Origin: Candidatus Latescibacterota bacterium
GTDB taxonomy: Bacteria; Latescibacterota; UBA2968; UBA8231
Assembly (NCBI GenBank): GCA_965197905.1
Contig: CBDAOB010000004.1
Span: 128,001-192,000 of the forward strand
Reading direction: 5' to 3'
DNA length: 64,000 bases
Part shown: one piece after another, positions 10,891 through 22,054 of the stretch
Layout: the number at the start of each line of letters is the position of its first letter
How positions within the stretch are numbered: position 1 is the stretch's first letter
Made by a program: the position numbers and the translations under genes
The notes under the pieces: generated by a model
The model's input: only the letters and a program-made list of their open reading frames with translations
Told to the model about the DNA's origin: nothing
Databases searched by the model: none

Positions 10891-10931
10891 GACCCTTCTG
10901 AATTCGCCTGTTCGCAAGGGTCTTTTTTTTT
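10891..10931 (+). terminator. Intrinsic terminator after nadA
   Basis: GACCCTT...AAGGGTC stem followed by a long T run. Confidence 0.75.
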
Positions 10932-10945
10932 CCGGGCACCAACAA

Positions 10946-12772
10946 ATGAAATCTCCCACCACTTCGATCGTATTGGCGTTTTCCATGGCGATCTCGGTTC
11001 ACGCCGAGACCATAAAGAGTCATGCGTTGTCGATGTTTGACCAGAGCAAATACGTCCCCGAGTTCGCGCATTTCGACTACGTGCGCCCCGACGCCCCGAA
11101 AGGGGGCCATTTGCGTCTGGCAAAGGTCGGCAGCTTCGACAATCTGAACCCGTATACCTTAAAGGGCATCGCCGCGGCCGGTACGTTGATGATCTACGAC
11201 AAGCTGCTCGCGAGAGCGCTGGACGAACCGGCAACGGTGTACGGGTTATTGGTAGAGAAGGTCGAATTCCCGCCAGACCGGTCCTGGGTGTTGTTCACCT
11301 TGCGGCAGGAAGCCCGCTGGCACGATGGCACTCCGGTTACCACCGCGGATGTGGTGTTCACCTTTTACACGCTCATCGACAAGGGTATACCATTCTATCG
11401 GTCATTCTACGCCGATGTCACCAAGGTGGAAGCGCTGGATGATCGGCGCGTCAAATTCAGCTTTAGCCCGGGGGCGAGCCGTGAGATGCCTTTGATCCTC
11501 GGTCAGCTGCGGCCCCTCCCGAAGCATTATTGGGAAGGACGGGACTTCAGTGAAACGACCCTCGATCCTCCCTTGGGAAGCGGACCGTACCGGATTGCCA
11601 CCGTGGATCCCGGGCGTTCCATCCGCTTCGAGCGGGTGAAGAGCTACTGGGCACGGGAATTGCCGACGCAAAAAGGACAATTCAATTTTGATACGATTCA
11701 ATACGATTATTATCGCGACAACACCGTGGCTACCGAGGCGCTAAAGGTCGGCGAGGTCGATTTTCGGTCTGCCAGTAATGCCGTCCAGTGGTCCGCCAGC
11801 TACGAGACCGCAGCAAACGAAAAGGGATCTCTCGTCAAAGAAGCCATACCGCACCGGGCGATCCGGGGAATGCGGGGATTCTGCTTCAATACCCGTCGGC
11901 GCAAATTCTCGGATCCCGCTGTCCGCCAAGCGTTGGGTTACGCCTTCGACTTCGAGTGGACCAACCGGCAGCTCCTGCACGGTATCTACGAGCGCAGCAC
12001 GAGTTACTGGAACAATTCGGAAATGGCTTCCAACGGGATACCCAAAAGTTTGGAGCTCTCGGTGTTGCAGGAGTACCAAGACCGACTTCCGCTCGTACTG
12101 TTCACGCAGCCGTTCGCGCCTCCGCGCACGGACGGCAACGGCAATGTGCGTGGGAATCTGCGCATCGCCCAGAAGCTGCTAACCGACGGCGGATGGCGCG
12201 TCGTCGAAAATGCTCTTATTCACCGCAAAACCGGGGAGCCGATGACGGTGGAGTTTTTGTTGGTTTCCCCCGCCCACGAACGAATCGTCGGGCCTATCCG
12301 CGAGAATCTCAAGCGTCTCGGGGTTCGTTCGCGCATCCGCACCGTCGACTCCTCCCAGTATCAGAATCGGTTGCAGTCGTTCGACTACGACGTGATCGTC
12401 AACTACTGGCGCCAGACCCTGAACCCCGGCAACGAGCAACGCAACTTCTGGTCGTCTGCCGCCGCCGATTTGAACGGCAGTCGCAACTATGCCGGTGTTC
12501 GCGATCCGGTGGTGGACGAGTTGGTCGAGCGCGTGATCACCGCCGAGTCCCGCCAGATGCAGGTGGCCCTGACGCGGGCTCTGGATCGCGTTCTGCTGTG
12601 GGGGCACTACGTGATCCCGGGTTGGTACAGCAACACCTACCGCCTCGTCTATTGGAACGATCTCGGCCATCCGGATCCCGTACCCCCGAACAAGCTCGGA
12701 TTTCCGGAAACGTGGTGGTACCAATCTCCTTCGGCGATCACTGAAGCGAACGCCTCGACCCAGTCCGACTGA
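10946..12772 (+). CDS. yejA: ABC peptide transporter substrate-binding protein (YejA-like)
   Basis: Signal peptide, HFDYVRPDAPKGG, FDNLNPY, LGSGPY, FDFEWTN. Confidence 0.85.
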   Translation: MKSPTTSIVLAFSMAISVHAETIKSHALSMFDQSKYVPEFAHFDYVRPDAPKGGHLRLAKVGSFDNLNPYTLKGIAAAGTLMIYDKLLARALDEPATVYGLLVEKVEFPPDRSWVLFTLRQEARWHDGTPVTTADVVFTFYTLIDKGIPFYRSFYADVTKVEALDDRRVKFSFSPGASREMPLILGQLRPLPKHYWEGRDFSETTLDPPLGSGPYRIATVDPGRSIRFERVKSYWARELPTQKGQFNFDTIQYDYYRDNTVATEALKVGEVDFRSASNAVQWSASYETAANEKGSLVKEAIPHRAIRGMRGFCFNTRRRKFSDPAVRQALGYAFDFEWTNRQLLHGIYERSTSYWNNSEMASNGIPKSLELSVLQEYQDRLPLVLFTQPFAPPRTDGNGNVRGNLRIAQKLLTDGGWRVVENALIHRKTGEPMTVEFLLVSPAHERIVGPIRENLKRLGVRSRIRTVDSSQYQNRLQSFDYDVIVNYWRQTLNPGNEQRNFWSSAAADLNGSRNYAGVRDPVVDELVERVITAESRQMQVALTRALDRVLLWGHYVIPGWYSNTYRLVYWNDLGHPDPVPPNKLGFPETWWYQSPSAITEANASTQSD

Positions 12773-12855
12773 CCCTGTTAGCGTCGCCTCCCGCAGGAAC
12801 CTCGAGATTTAACGGGGCGCGCGCGCCGCGCCCTGCGTAAATTTGCGGCGAACCC

Positions 12856-13962
12856 ATGACTTCCTACATCCTTCGTCGTCTCTTGCTGATGATTCCGACC
12901 ATCCTCGGGATCCTGCTGGTCAACTTCCTCATCGTGCAGGCCGCTCCCGGTGGTCCGGTCGAACAGGTAATTGCTCGTCTTCAGGGACACGCGGTCGATG
13001 CGACGGCTCGCGTAAGTGCTTTCGGCGCCTTGGAAGGGGAGGCGGAATTCCAAGGTTTCGAGCTGGATGCCATCTCCTCGAAATATCGGGGAGCTCAGGG
13101 CGTGGACCCGGAGCTGTTGCGCGAGCTGGAGCGAATGTACGGCTTTGACCAGCCCGCCCATGTCCGCTTCTTCAAGATGCTCGGCGATTATCTCTCGTTC
13201 GAATTCGGCGAAAGTTTTTATCGCGACCGGCAGGTCGTGGACCTGGTACTGGAAAAACTTCCCGTTTCCATTTCTCTGGGGTTGTGGAGCACACTCCTCA
13301 TCTACGGTATCTCGATTCCCCTGGGCATCGCCAAAGCCATTCGCGACGGGTCCCGCTTCGACGTGTGGTCGTCGACGGCCGTCGTCGTAGGGAATGCGAT
13401 TCCCAGTTTTCTGTTTGCCGTCTTGCTTGTTGTTTTGTTTGCCGGAGGGCACTACCTCAACTGGTTTCCGCTACGTGGTCTCATGTCTCCGGAATGGGAA
13501 AACTTCGGCTTCCTGCACAAGGTGGCCGACTACTTCTGGCATCTGGCATTGCCGCTCTCCGCTCTCGTAGTCGGTGGTTTCGCGGGTTTGACGTTGTTGA
13601 CCAAGAATTCATTCCTCGACGAAATCAACAAGCAGTATGTGATGACCGCTTACGCCAAGGGTCTGAGCGATCGTCGTGTACTGTATCACCATGTTTTCCG
13701 CAACGCCATGCTGGTGGTGATCTCCGGCTTCCCCCCCGCCTTCGTACATATCTTTTTTACCGGCGCCCTCCTGATCGAGGTGATCTTCTCCCTCGACGGA
13801 CTCGGACTGCTGGGTTACGAAGCGGCGGTGGGGCGCGACTACCCGGTGATGTTTGCCACCCTCTATTTCTTCACCCTACTGGGGCTTCTAACCCAGTTGT
13901 TGAGTGACTTGAGTTACACCCTGGTGGATCGCCGCATCGACTTCGAATCAAGGGACGCCTGA
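12856..13962 (+). CDS. yejB: ABC peptide transporter permease (YejB-like)
   Basis: YILRRLLLMIPT, APGGPVEQ, LTKNSFLDEI..QYV..A.AKGL. Confidence 0.9.
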   Translation: MTSYILRRLLLMIPTILGILLVNFLIVQAAPGGPVEQVIARLQGHAVDATARVSAFGALEGEAEFQGFELDAISSKYRGAQGVDPELLRELERMYGFDQPAHVRFFKMLGDYLSFEFGESFYRDRQVVDLVLEKLPVSISLGLWSTLLIYGISIPLGIAKAIRDGSRFDVWSSTAVVVGNAIPSFLFAVLLVVLFAGGHYLNWFPLRGLMSPEWENFGFLHKVADYFWHLALPLSALVVGGFAGLTLLTKNSFLDEINKQYVMTAYAKGLSDRRVLYHHVFRNAMLVVISGFPPAFVHIFFTGALLIEVIFSLDGLGLLGYEAAVGRDYPVMFATLYFFTLLGLLTQLLSDLSYTLVDRRIDFESRDA

Positions 13963-15057
13963 ATGGACTCCGGCACCCCACTTGCAGAATCGCAGGTCGT
14001 TTCCGCGAGGCCGATGCGGCAGCTGTCGGACCTGAACCGGCGGCGGTTCTCGAGCTTCCAACGAAACCGGCGTGGATATTGGAGCATGTGGATCTTTCTG
14101 GCCCTGTTCCTTCTCGCACTCCCCGCCGAGTTCATCGCCAACGACAAACCGCTTCTCGTCAGGTACGCGAGCGAATGGTATCTCCCGGTCCTGTTTCTCT
14201 ACTCCGAACGCACCTTTGGCGGCGATTTCGAGACCGAGGCGGAGTACCGAGACCCGTTCGTGCAGGCGTTGATCGAAAGCGACGGGTGGATGCTCTGGCC
14301 TCCCGTCCGTTTTGGCTACAGCACCATCAACTACCAGTTGCCGATCCCGGCTCCGTCGCCACCGTCTCTGCAAAACCTGCTCGGCACCGACGACCAGGCG
14401 CGAGACGTTCTGGCACGCCTCATATACGGATTCCGGATTTCGATTCTTTTCGGTCTCGTGCTCACCTTGTTCAGCTCCGTTGTCGGAATCGCGGCGGGTG
14501 CCCTGCAGGGGTTCTTCGGTGGGTGGATCGATCTCGTTCTGCAGCGGTTCATCGAAATCTGGTCTGGCCTGCCGACGCTGTTCATGTTGATCATCCTGGC
14601 CAGCGTCGTCGAACCCAACTTCTGGTGGCTCCTGCTGCTGATGTTATTGTTCAGCTGGATGACGTTAGTCGGTGTCGTGCGCGCCGAGTTCCTGCGCACC
14701 CGAAACTTCGATTTCGTGCGCGCCGCTCGCGCTCTGGGTGTGGGAAACGCGAAGATCATGATTCGCCATGTCCTGCCCAACGCCATGGTTTCCACATTGA
14801 CGTTCATGCCGTTCATCCTGACCGGTTCGGTAACCGTTTTGACTTCGCTGGACTTCCTCGGGTTCGGACTTCCACCCGGCTCACCATCGCTGGGTGAGCT
14901 GCTGAATCAAGGCAAGCGCAACCTGCATGCGCCCTGGCTGGGGATCACCTCGTTCATGGTGCTGGCCGTCACCCTATCGCTGTTGGTATTCGTGGGGGAA
15001 GCGGTGAGGGACGCCTTCGATCCGCGCAAGAACTTCGCCCCGGAGCCGTCTTCTTGA
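13963..15057 (+). CDS. yejE: ABC peptide transporter permease (YejE-like)
   Basis: EFIANDKPL, LGTDDQARDVLAR, VRAEFLR, SLGELL.QGK. Confidence 0.9.
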   Translation: MDSGTPLAESQVVSARPMRQLSDLNRRRFSSFQRNRRGYWSMWIFLALFLLALPAEFIANDKPLLVRYASEWYLPVLFLYSERTFGGDFETEAEYRDPFVQALIESDGWMLWPPVRFGYSTINYQLPIPAPSPPSLQNLLGTDDQARDVLARLIYGFRISILFGLVLTLFSSVVGIAAGALQGFFGGWIDLVLQRFIEIWSGLPTLFMLIILASVVEPNFWWLLLLMLLFSWMTLVGVVRAEFLRTRNFDFVRAARALGVGNAKIMIRHVLPNAMVSTLTFMPFILTGSVTVLTSLDFLGFGLPPGSPSLGELLNQGKRNLHAPWLGITSFMVLAVTLSLLVFVGEAVRDAFDPRKNFAPEPSS

Positions 15058-16637
15058 AACTGTTGGAGATCGACGGCCTGGCCGTTTCGTTCCAGTCGGA
15101 GGGACCGCCGGTGGAGGCCGTCCGCGATGCCACGTTGGGGGTCGAGGCCGGACAAACCGTCGCCCTCGTCGGCGAGTCCGGTTCCGGCAAGTCGGTAACG
15201 GCCCTCTCCGTGCTGCGCTTACTGCCGTATCCACGGGCCTCACATCCCCGGGGCTCGATCCGCTTTGCAGGTGAGGACCTGCTCACCGCGCCGCTAGACC
15301 GAATGCAGACGGTTCGCGGTGCGCGAATATCGATGATCTTTCAAGAGCCGATGACGTCGCTGAATCCCCTGCATACGATAGAGAAACAGGTAAGTGAGAC
15401 GCTGATCGTGCACCAGGGGTTAAACCGCCGACAAGCCCGGGCGCGCACCATCGAACTGCTCCACATGGTCCACCTGTCCGACGTGCAGGACCGCTTGGAT
15501 GCCTGGCCGCACCAACTGTCGGGGGGACAGCGTCAGCGGGTGATGATCGCCATGGCGTTGGCGAACGAGCCCGATCTGCTCATTGCCGACGAGCCCACCA
15601 CGGCACTCGACGTTACCATCCAGGCGCAGATCCTGCGCCTGCTGCAGGAGTTGCAGCGCACGCTCGGCATGGCGGTTCTGCTCATCACCCACGATCTCAG
15701 CATAGTCAGGCAGGTAGCTGAGCAGGTATATGTGATGACGGTGGGGCAGGTGGTCGAAAACGGGCCTGCCGACCGTATCTTCCGCCACCCGGAGCACCCG
15801 TATACGGAGCAGTTGCTTGGGGCGCAGCCAAAGGGAATTCCCGCGCCCCATGACCCTGCGGCATCGGTGGTAATGCGCTGCGAGCAGCTGCGAGTCTGGT
15901 TTCCAATCAAACGCGGGTTACTCAACAAAACCGTGGATCACGTGAAGGCGGTAGATGGGGTAGATGTGGAGCTCCATGCTGCCGAGACCCTGGGTGTGGT
16001 GGGGGAGTCCGGCTCCGGCAAGTCTTCCCTGGGCCTTGCACTACTGCGGTTGGTGCGCAGCCAGGGTTCGATTGTTCTCGACGGGCAGGAGATACAGGGT
16101 TTGCGCAATCGCGAACTGCGTCCGTTGCGCCCGGAGATGCAGATCGTTTTTCAGGACCCGTACGGTTCCCTGAGCCCCCGGCTCTCGGCCTTCCAGATCG
16201 TCGAGGAAGGGATGTCGGTTCACGGGGTTCTCCAACCCGACGAGCGCCGACGGATCGTAGCGGAGGTGTTTGCGGAGGTGGGCCTGGAAGCCAATCTCCT
16301 GGATCGCTACCCACACGAGTTCTCAGGAGGGCAGCGCCAGCGCATAGCTATTGCCCGCGCCCTGGTCCTGCGTCCGAAACTCCTCGTGCTGGACGAACCG
16401 ACCAGCGCGCTGGACGTAACCGTGCAGGCGGAGATAATCACACTATTGCTTACGCTGCAGAAGCAGCACGGCATTGCCTACCTGTTCATCACACATGACT
16501 TGAAGGTGGTGCGGGCGATGGCAAGCCGCGTTCTGGTGATGCAGGGCGGGCGAGTAGTGGAGCGGGGGGACACGGACACCATATTCAACGCACCCAAGAC
16601 AGAATACACCAGGGATCTGGTGGCCGCTGCATTGTAA
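15054..16637 (+). CDS. yejF: Duplicated-ATPase ABC transporter subunit (YejF-like)
   Basis: Two GESGSGKS Walker A motifs, LSGGQRQR and FSGGQRQR signatures. Confidence 0.88.
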   Translation: MKLLEIDGLAVSFQSEGPPVEAVRDATLGVEAGQTVALVGESGSGKSVTALSVLRLLPYPRASHPRGSIRFAGEDLLTAPLDRMQTVRGARISMIFQEPMTSLNPLHTIEKQVSETLIVHQGLNRRQARARTIELLHMVHLSDVQDRLDAWPHQLSGGQRQRVMIAMALANEPDLLIADEPTTALDVTIQAQILRLLQELQRTLGMAVLLITHDLSIVRQVAEQVYVMTVGQVVENGPADRIFRHPEHPYTEQLLGAQPKGIPAPHDPAASVVMRCEQLRVWFPIKRGLLNKTVDHVKAVDGVDVELHAAETLGVVGESGSGKSSLGLALLRLVRSQGSIVLDGQEIQGLRNRELRPLRPEMQIVFQDPYGSLSPRLSAFQIVEEGMSVHGVLQPDERRRIVAEVFAEVGLEANLLDRYPHEFSGGQRQRIAIARALVLRPKLLVLDEPTSALDVTVQAEIITLLLTLQKQHGIAYLFITHDLKVVRAMASRVLVMQGGRVVERGDTDTIFNAPKTEYTRDLVAAAL

Positions 16638-16680
16638 TTGCCTATCCCTGCGGCCAGGATTGTCGCCCACTCAACACGAC

Positions 16681-17991
16681 TCAGATATAGGTGTTGATCA
16701 GGTTTTCCAACATCTCCTCGCGACCGCTCCGCCTCTCCGGTTCCCCCTGGCTGTGAACGTAACGCTCCAGCTCCTCGAAGCTCGTCTCACCGCGCATTAT
16801 CTTGCGGCCGATACCCCGACTGAAGGAGCGGTACCGCTCCTTCACAAACCCTTCCAACTTCCTGTCCTCCAGAATCTGCTGCGCGATGAGCAGACCCCGA
16901 GCGAAGCTATCCATACCCCCGATATGAGCGTGGAATAGATCCACCAGATCGAAAGAGCCTCGCCGCACCTTGGCGTCGAAATTGATACCGCCCTTCCCGA
17001 TTCCATTCTGTCGAAGTATGACCAGCATGGCGAAGGTCGTGCTGTAGAGATCGGTGGGAAACTGATCGGTATCCCAACCCAACAGATAGTCGCCCCGATT
17101 GGCATCGATGCTGCCCAATCTCCCATCGCTAGAAGCGACGGTCAGGTCGTGTTCGAAGGAGTGTCCAGCCAAGGTCGCATGGTTGGCTTCGATGTTGAGT
17201 TTGAACTCGTCTTCGAGACCGTACTTGCGAAGAAAACCGAGCACCGTAGCGGCATCATAGTCGTACTGGTGTTTGGTGGGCTCTTTCGGCTTCGGCTCGA
17301 GCATCAACGTTCCCTTGAATCCGATCTTCTTCTTGTGTTCCACCGCCATCTCCAGGAACCGCGCCATCTGGTCCTGCTCATGAGCGAGATCGGTGTTCAA
17401 GAGCGAAGAGTACCCTTCTCGCCCTCCCCAGAAAACGTAGTTGGAACCTCCCAATTCCTGGGTGCATTCCATCGCTTTCTTGATCTGCGAGGCGGCGTAG
17501 GCGAACACGTGGGCGTCCGGATTCGTTCCCGCGCCATGGGTATAACGGGGATGTGAGAAGCAGTTCGAGGTGCCCCAAAGCAGTTTCACCCCGGTTTGGC
17601 GTTGAAGTTTCTTTGCCAGCGCCACGATCCGATCCAGTCTCGCGTTCGACTCTTTCAGGTCGTTGCCTTCGGGAGCAATATCGCGGTCGTGCCAGCAGTA
17701 GAACGGATTGCCCAACTTGGCGAAGAACTCGAACGCGGCGCGCAAGGTGTCTTCGGCGCGGTCCATCGGGTCATCCGCCAGGTCCCAAGGCCGATCGTAG
17801 ACGGGGCCACCGAACGGATCGGCACCGGTGGTTTTGAAGGTGTGCCAGCAAACGACGGAGAAGCGCAAGTGTTCCTTCAGCGTCTTCTTGCCGACCTGGC
17901 GATCGGCGTCGTAATACCTGAAGGCGAGGGGGTTGTCGGAGTCAGGCCCCTCATAGGCGATCTTTCGGATGCCGGGAAAAAACTCTTTCAT
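16681..17991 (-). CDS. xylA: Xylose isomerase (class II)
   Basis: WHTF...GADPFG, WHDRD, VFWGGREGY, EPKPKEP, NIEANHA, GWDTDQF. Confidence 0.95.
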   Translation of the reverse strand: MKEFFPGIRKIAYEGPDSDNPLAFRYYDADRQVGKKTLKEHLRFSVVCWHTFKTTGADPFGGPVYDRPWDLADDPMDRAEDTLRAAFEFFAKLGNPFYCWHDRDIAPEGNDLKESNARLDRIVALAKKLQRQTGVKLLWGTSNCFSHPRYTHGAGTNPDAHVFAYAASQIKKAMECTQELGGSNYVFWGGREGYSSLLNTDLAHEQDQMARFLEMAVEHKKKIGFKGTLMLEPKPKEPTKHQYDYDAATVLGFLRKYGLEDEFKLNIEANHATLAGHSFEHDLTVASSDGRLGSIDANRGDYLLGWDTDQFPTDLYSTTFAMLVILRQNGIGKGGINFDAKVRRGSFDLVDLFHAHIGGMDSFARGLLIAQQILEDRKLEGFVKERYRSFSRGIGRKIMRGETSFEELERYVHSQGEPERRSGREEMLENLINTYI

Positions 17992-17992
17992 G

Positions 17993-18670
17993 TCAGGTCC
18001 TTTCGATCACACTTGGGTATCGCTCGAGCAACCCGAGAACCTCGTGAGGCTCGGCCGCCAGAGCCTGGGCGCCGGCTGCCTCGAGCTCCGCTCGTGGTCT
18101 GAATCCCCAGGTTGCCCCGACGGCAAACATGCCGGCCCCAATGGCTGTTTCCATGTCGGTTCGGGTATCACCCAGGTAGAGGCATCGTGCCGGGGCGATA
18201 GAGAGGGCGGAGGCAATGAACCGGGCCCCGGTCGGATCCGGTTTTTTCGGTAGATCGGGGCGGGCGCCGCATACGGGCTCGAAAGTCCACGGTTTCAACA
18301 GCTCGGCGACCGCCATGCGGGTAAACTCATCGGGTTTGTTGGAAAGCACTGCCATCGGAAGCCCCCGGCTGGTCAGGGCATCCAATAACCCCGGTATGCC
18401 GTCGTAGGCGACGGTCTTGTCCGCCCATCGCGTTGCGTACTCGGCCTTCATCGCGTCGATGCATTGGGGAACGAACCTATCCGAGACGGCGTCGGCGGGA
18501 AGTGCACGGCGCACCAACTTCTCCACGCCCTCACCGACGAAATACCGATACGCATCGGGCTTATGCGTTGGGAATCCGCCGGTAGCCAAGACGGCGTTCA
18601 TGGAGTCCGCCAGGTCCTCCAGGGTGTCCAACAGAGTCCCATCGAGATCGAATACGACCGCTTCCATCAT
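17993..18670 (-). CDS. HAD-family phosphatase (phosphoglycolate phosphatase-like)
   Basis: FDLDGTL, LSNK, KKPDP, YLGDTRTD. Confidence 0.9.
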   Translation of the reverse strand: MMEAVVFDLDGTLLDTLEDLADSMNAVLATGGFPTHKPDAYRYFVGEGVEKLVRRALPADAVSDRFVPQCIDAMKAEYATRWADKTVAYDGIPGLLDALTSRGLPMAVLSNKPDEFTRMAVAELLKPWTFEPVCGARPDLPKKPDPTGARFIASALSIAPARCLYLGDTRTDMETAIGAGMFAVGATWGFRPRAELEAAGAQALAAEPHEVLGLLERYPSVIERT

Positions 18671-18772
18671 GCCAATACCAGCTTAGCAACAGGGGAACCC
18701 GGCGGCAAGTTTCACATTGACACCGGCAAACGAATTCGATTAGCTATCGCTGCATGGTTAAACGGCGACACG

Positions 18773-20062
18773 ATGGAGCAGAAGATGGATCGAGATACCG
18801 CGTTCGAGATGGCCACATCCAATATTCGCGTCGGGGCCGATACCACCCTGGAGGTGGGCATGGACCTGACCGACATGGGAGTCGAACGAGTGATGGTGTT
18901 GACCGATCCTCACTTGGCGCAGTTATCGCCGGTTCATCGCCTGCTCGAAGCCCTGGAGCGGGAAGGTATTGCCTTCCAGCTGTATGACAGGGTTCGGGTG
19001 GAGCCAACGGATCGCTCCTTCAAGGAGGCGATCGAGGTAGCCGCGGATGGTGGGTTCGAGGGTTTCGTGGCGATCGGAGGTGGCTCCACCATGGACACCG
19101 CCAAAGCCGCCAACCTCTACTCCACCTATCCAGCAGATTTTCTCGACTACGTGAACGCTCCCATCGGCAAGGGGTTGCCGGTGCCCGGGGTACTCAAACC
19201 GTTGATCGCCATCCCCACCACCACCGGAACGGGCAGTGAAACCACGGGTGTGGCCATTTTTGACTTCGAAGAGCTCCACTCCAAGACGGGCATTGCCCAT
19301 AGACGTTTGAAACCCACGCTGGGCATATTGGATCCGCAGAATCTCAACGACTTGCCACCCGCGGTGGCGGCTTCTACCGGTCTGGACGTTCTCAGCCACG
19401 CGCTGGAGTCGTTTACGGCGTTGCCCTTCGATCAAAGGCCGCGTCCGGAGCGCCCGGTTCTGCGGCCTGCCTACCAGGGTGCAAACCCGATAAGCGATCT
19501 CTGGGCCCTGGAAGCGTTGCGTATGGTGGCCGAATATCTGCCGCGGGCCTTTTGCGATGCCGACGATCACGAGGCGCGCACAGCTATGCTGATGGCTGCC
19601 GCATTTGCCGGAATCGGGTTCGGCAATGCCGGGGTTCATCTTCCCCACGGCATGTCCTACCCGGTCGCGAGCATGGTCTCATCGTTCACACCCGCCGGCT
19701 ATCCGACTGACTATCCCCTGGTCCCCCACGGCATTGCTGTGATCGTCAACTCCCCGGCAGTGTTTCGATTTACGGCCCCGGCTTGTCCTGACCGACACCT
19801 CCGCGCGGCAGCGGTGCTGGGCGCCCGCACCGAAGGAGCCTCCCAGACCGACGCCGGTCGGATTTTGGCTGACCGCCTGATCGAGATGATGCAGGAGATG
19901 AAGATTCCGAATGGTCTTGATGGGCTGGGTTACGGCTCGGAACAGATACCCAACCTCGTCCAGGGAACCTTGCCACAACACCGGGTGACGAAACTGGCAC
20001 CACGAGCGGCGGCGGAAGATGACCTTGCTGCGCTGTTCGAGGATGCCATGTCTTACTGGTAG
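18773..20062 (+). CDS. Hydroxyacid-oxoacid transhydrogenase (Fe-containing ADH family)
   Basis: DTAFEMATSNIR, GGGSTMDTAKAANLY, DFLDYVNAPIGKG, RPAYQGANP, GVHLPHGMSYP. Confidence 0.88.
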   Translation: MEQKMDRDTAFEMATSNIRVGADTTLEVGMDLTDMGVERVMVLTDPHLAQLSPVHRLLEALEREGIAFQLYDRVRVEPTDRSFKEAIEVAADGGFEGFVAIGGGSTMDTAKAANLYSTYPADFLDYVNAPIGKGLPVPGVLKPLIAIPTTTGTGSETTGVAIFDFEELHSKTGIAHRRLKPTLGILDPQNLNDLPPAVAASTGLDVLSHALESFTALPFDQRPRPERPVLRPAYQGANPISDLWALEALRMVAEYLPRAFCDADDHEARTAMLMAAAFAGIGFGNAGVHLPHGMSYPVASMVSSFTPAGYPTDYPLVPHGIAVIVNSPAVFRFTAPACPDRHLRAAAVLGARTEGASQTDAGRILADRLIEMMQEMKIPNGLDGLGYGSEQIPNLVQGTLPQHRVTKLAPRAAAEDDLAALFEDAMSYW

Positions 20063-20101
20063 ATCGGAGCGCCGATCTATCGCGTGCGGTTCGACTCCAG
20101 C

Positions 20102-20818
20102 TTAGCTTCTCGCATCCGCCTCCACGACCATCGTCGCCCAGTTCTTAAAAAAGGTGTTGCCCACCTGCCTCAATGGGGGCAGGAACCGGCGGGCTTGATT
20201 TAAGATTTCCTCCCCATCGAGTCGCTCTTGCACCAGTTCGTCCGCGAAAAGATCCACCATCTTGCGGACGATTTTTTCGGTGACCTCCATGTGGAAGAGA
20301 CAACCGCACGCGGTGCCGAGGCGAAAGGACTGATGGGCAGTGAGTTCCGAAGACGCCAACGGTACGCCGCCGGCGGGCAACTCGAAGATATTTCCGTGCC
20401 AATGAAAGGCCTAAAACTCGGAAGGCGCGTCGGACCAAAGGCGATCGCTCCGGGAGTTGTCATGCAACTGCACGGGGTACCAGCCGATCTCCTTTGCCGG
20501 CCCCGGTTTGACCTCGGCGCCCAACACCGCCGCCAGCAGCTGGCTTCCCAGACATATGCCGAGCACGGGCCGCTCGAGCTTCAGCGCTTGCTCGATCAAT
20601 CGCATCTCGTCCCCGAGAAAGGGATACCGTGCGCGGTCGTACACCCCCATTGGACCTCCCAGCAAGAGCAGCGCCGCGGCTTCGTCCATGCCGGTCGGCA
20701 CCGGTTCGCCGAGGTGGGTTCGCAGGTACCGGGGAGCGAGACCGTGGTTTTGCAGCACCGGTCCTATTCCACCCAGGTTTTCACACGGGGAATGTTGCAA
20801 GACCGATATCTCGAGCAT
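20102..20818 (-). pseudogene. Class I glutamine amidotransferase interrupted by an in-frame TAG at 20411-20413
   Basis: LGGPMGV, LGICLGSQ, EIGW; the same frame resumes after TAG as AFHWHGNIFELP...FHME. Confidence 0.8.
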
Positions 20819-20826
20819 GGCGACCC

Positions 20827-21906
20827 TCAGACAGCCGCAGGTTCGTTGGCCACGATTACCGGCTCGGGTTCCAGGCGGATGCCGGATAGCTCGAAGACGG
20901 CGCGCTGAATCTCTTCGGCCAGCTGCAGTAGGTCGGCGGAGGTGCCGCCACAGTTCACCAACGCCAGAGCATGATTGGTGGAGATCCGCGCGCCACCCTT
21001 CTGATGCCCTTTGGCGAAACCCGAACGCTCCACCAACCAGGCAGCAGGCAGCTTGTAGCCGCCGCTGGTCTCGAAACCGGGGAGCTCGTCCCCCAGACGG
21101 GCGCGCAGCGCAACCAGCGCGTCTGCGTTCACTACCGGATTGAGAAAGAAGGAACCCATGGATCGGCTGTTTTCATCCGCGGGATCGACCACCATCGATT
21201 TGGATCGGCGCAGTTTCAGTACGGCAGCGCGGACCATCGACATCGCCTCGGCCCCTTCGGCATCGTCTCCAAGGCCAAAGTCTCTCCGCATGGTTTGTTC
21301 CAGCTCCTGATAACGCAGCTGCGGTCGGCCCGGATCGGCGAGACGGTAGGTAACATGGGTGATTACGTAGCGATCTCGATCTGCGGTTTTGAAACGACTC
21401 GTGCGATACCCGAAATCGCACTCCTGGTTGGAGAAACGGCGCGTTTCGAGGGATGTCCGGTCTACCGCTTCGACCTGTAGGATACTGTCTTTGACCTCCT
21501 GGCCGTAGGCGCCCACGTTTTGAATCGGTGTCGCTCCCACCTGGCCGGGAATACCCGAGAGGCACTCGAAACCGCCGAGGCCGGCATCGACCGAGCGCGA
21601 TACCAGGTCGTCCCAGAACTCACCGGCGCCGGCTACGATGGTCGCCCTTCCATCTTTTCGCTCTATCTCCACGCCAGCTATGTCGACCCTGGCAACCACA
21701 CCCTCGAACCCGCGGTCAGGAAACAAGATATTGCTGCCGCCACCCATAACCTGGAGAGCCAACCCCTTTTTCCGAGCCCACAAAAGCGTAGCGCGAATGG
21801 CATCCGGATCGCGCCAGCGCACGAAGTAACGTGCGGGTCCGCCGAGACCCACCGTCGTCATCGGAGCCAGGTCCACGTTTTCGCGAATTTCCGGGGATTC
21901 AGTCAT
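20827..21906 (-). CDS. murB: UDP-N-acetylenolpyruvoylglucosamine reductase
   Basis: GGGSN, GIPGQVGATPIQNVGAYG, FGYRTS.FK, GSFFLNP, HALALVN, LEPEP. Confidence 0.95.
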   Translation of the reverse strand: MTESPEIRENVDLAPMTTVGLGGPARYFVRWRDPDAIRATLLWARKKGLALQVMGGGSNILFPDRGFEGVVARVDIAGVEIERKDGRATIVAGAGEFWDDLVSRSVDAGLGGFECLSGIPGQVGATPIQNVGAYGQEVKDSILQVEAVDRTSLETRRFSNQECDFGYRTSRFKTADRDRYVITHVTYRLADPGRPQLRYQELEQTMRRDFGLGDDAEGAEAMSMVRAAVLKLRRSKSMVVDPADENSRSMGSFFLNPVVNADALVALRARLGDELPGFETSGGYKLPAAWLVERSGFAKGHQKGGARISTNHALALVNCGGTSADLLQLAEEIQRAVFELSGIRLEPEPVIVANEPAAV

Positions 21907-22054
21907 GCACCGCCAAGGTCCAAGGTGAATTGCACAACCGGCTCTGGACGGGGGTGAAACCCGCCGGCAAGTTGCTGTTAAGCCTCAATAATATTATACA
22001 TTTGGCCTGCCCAACAGGATCTGGAGAACAGCGTTTCGAGGAACCGCTTTTTGT

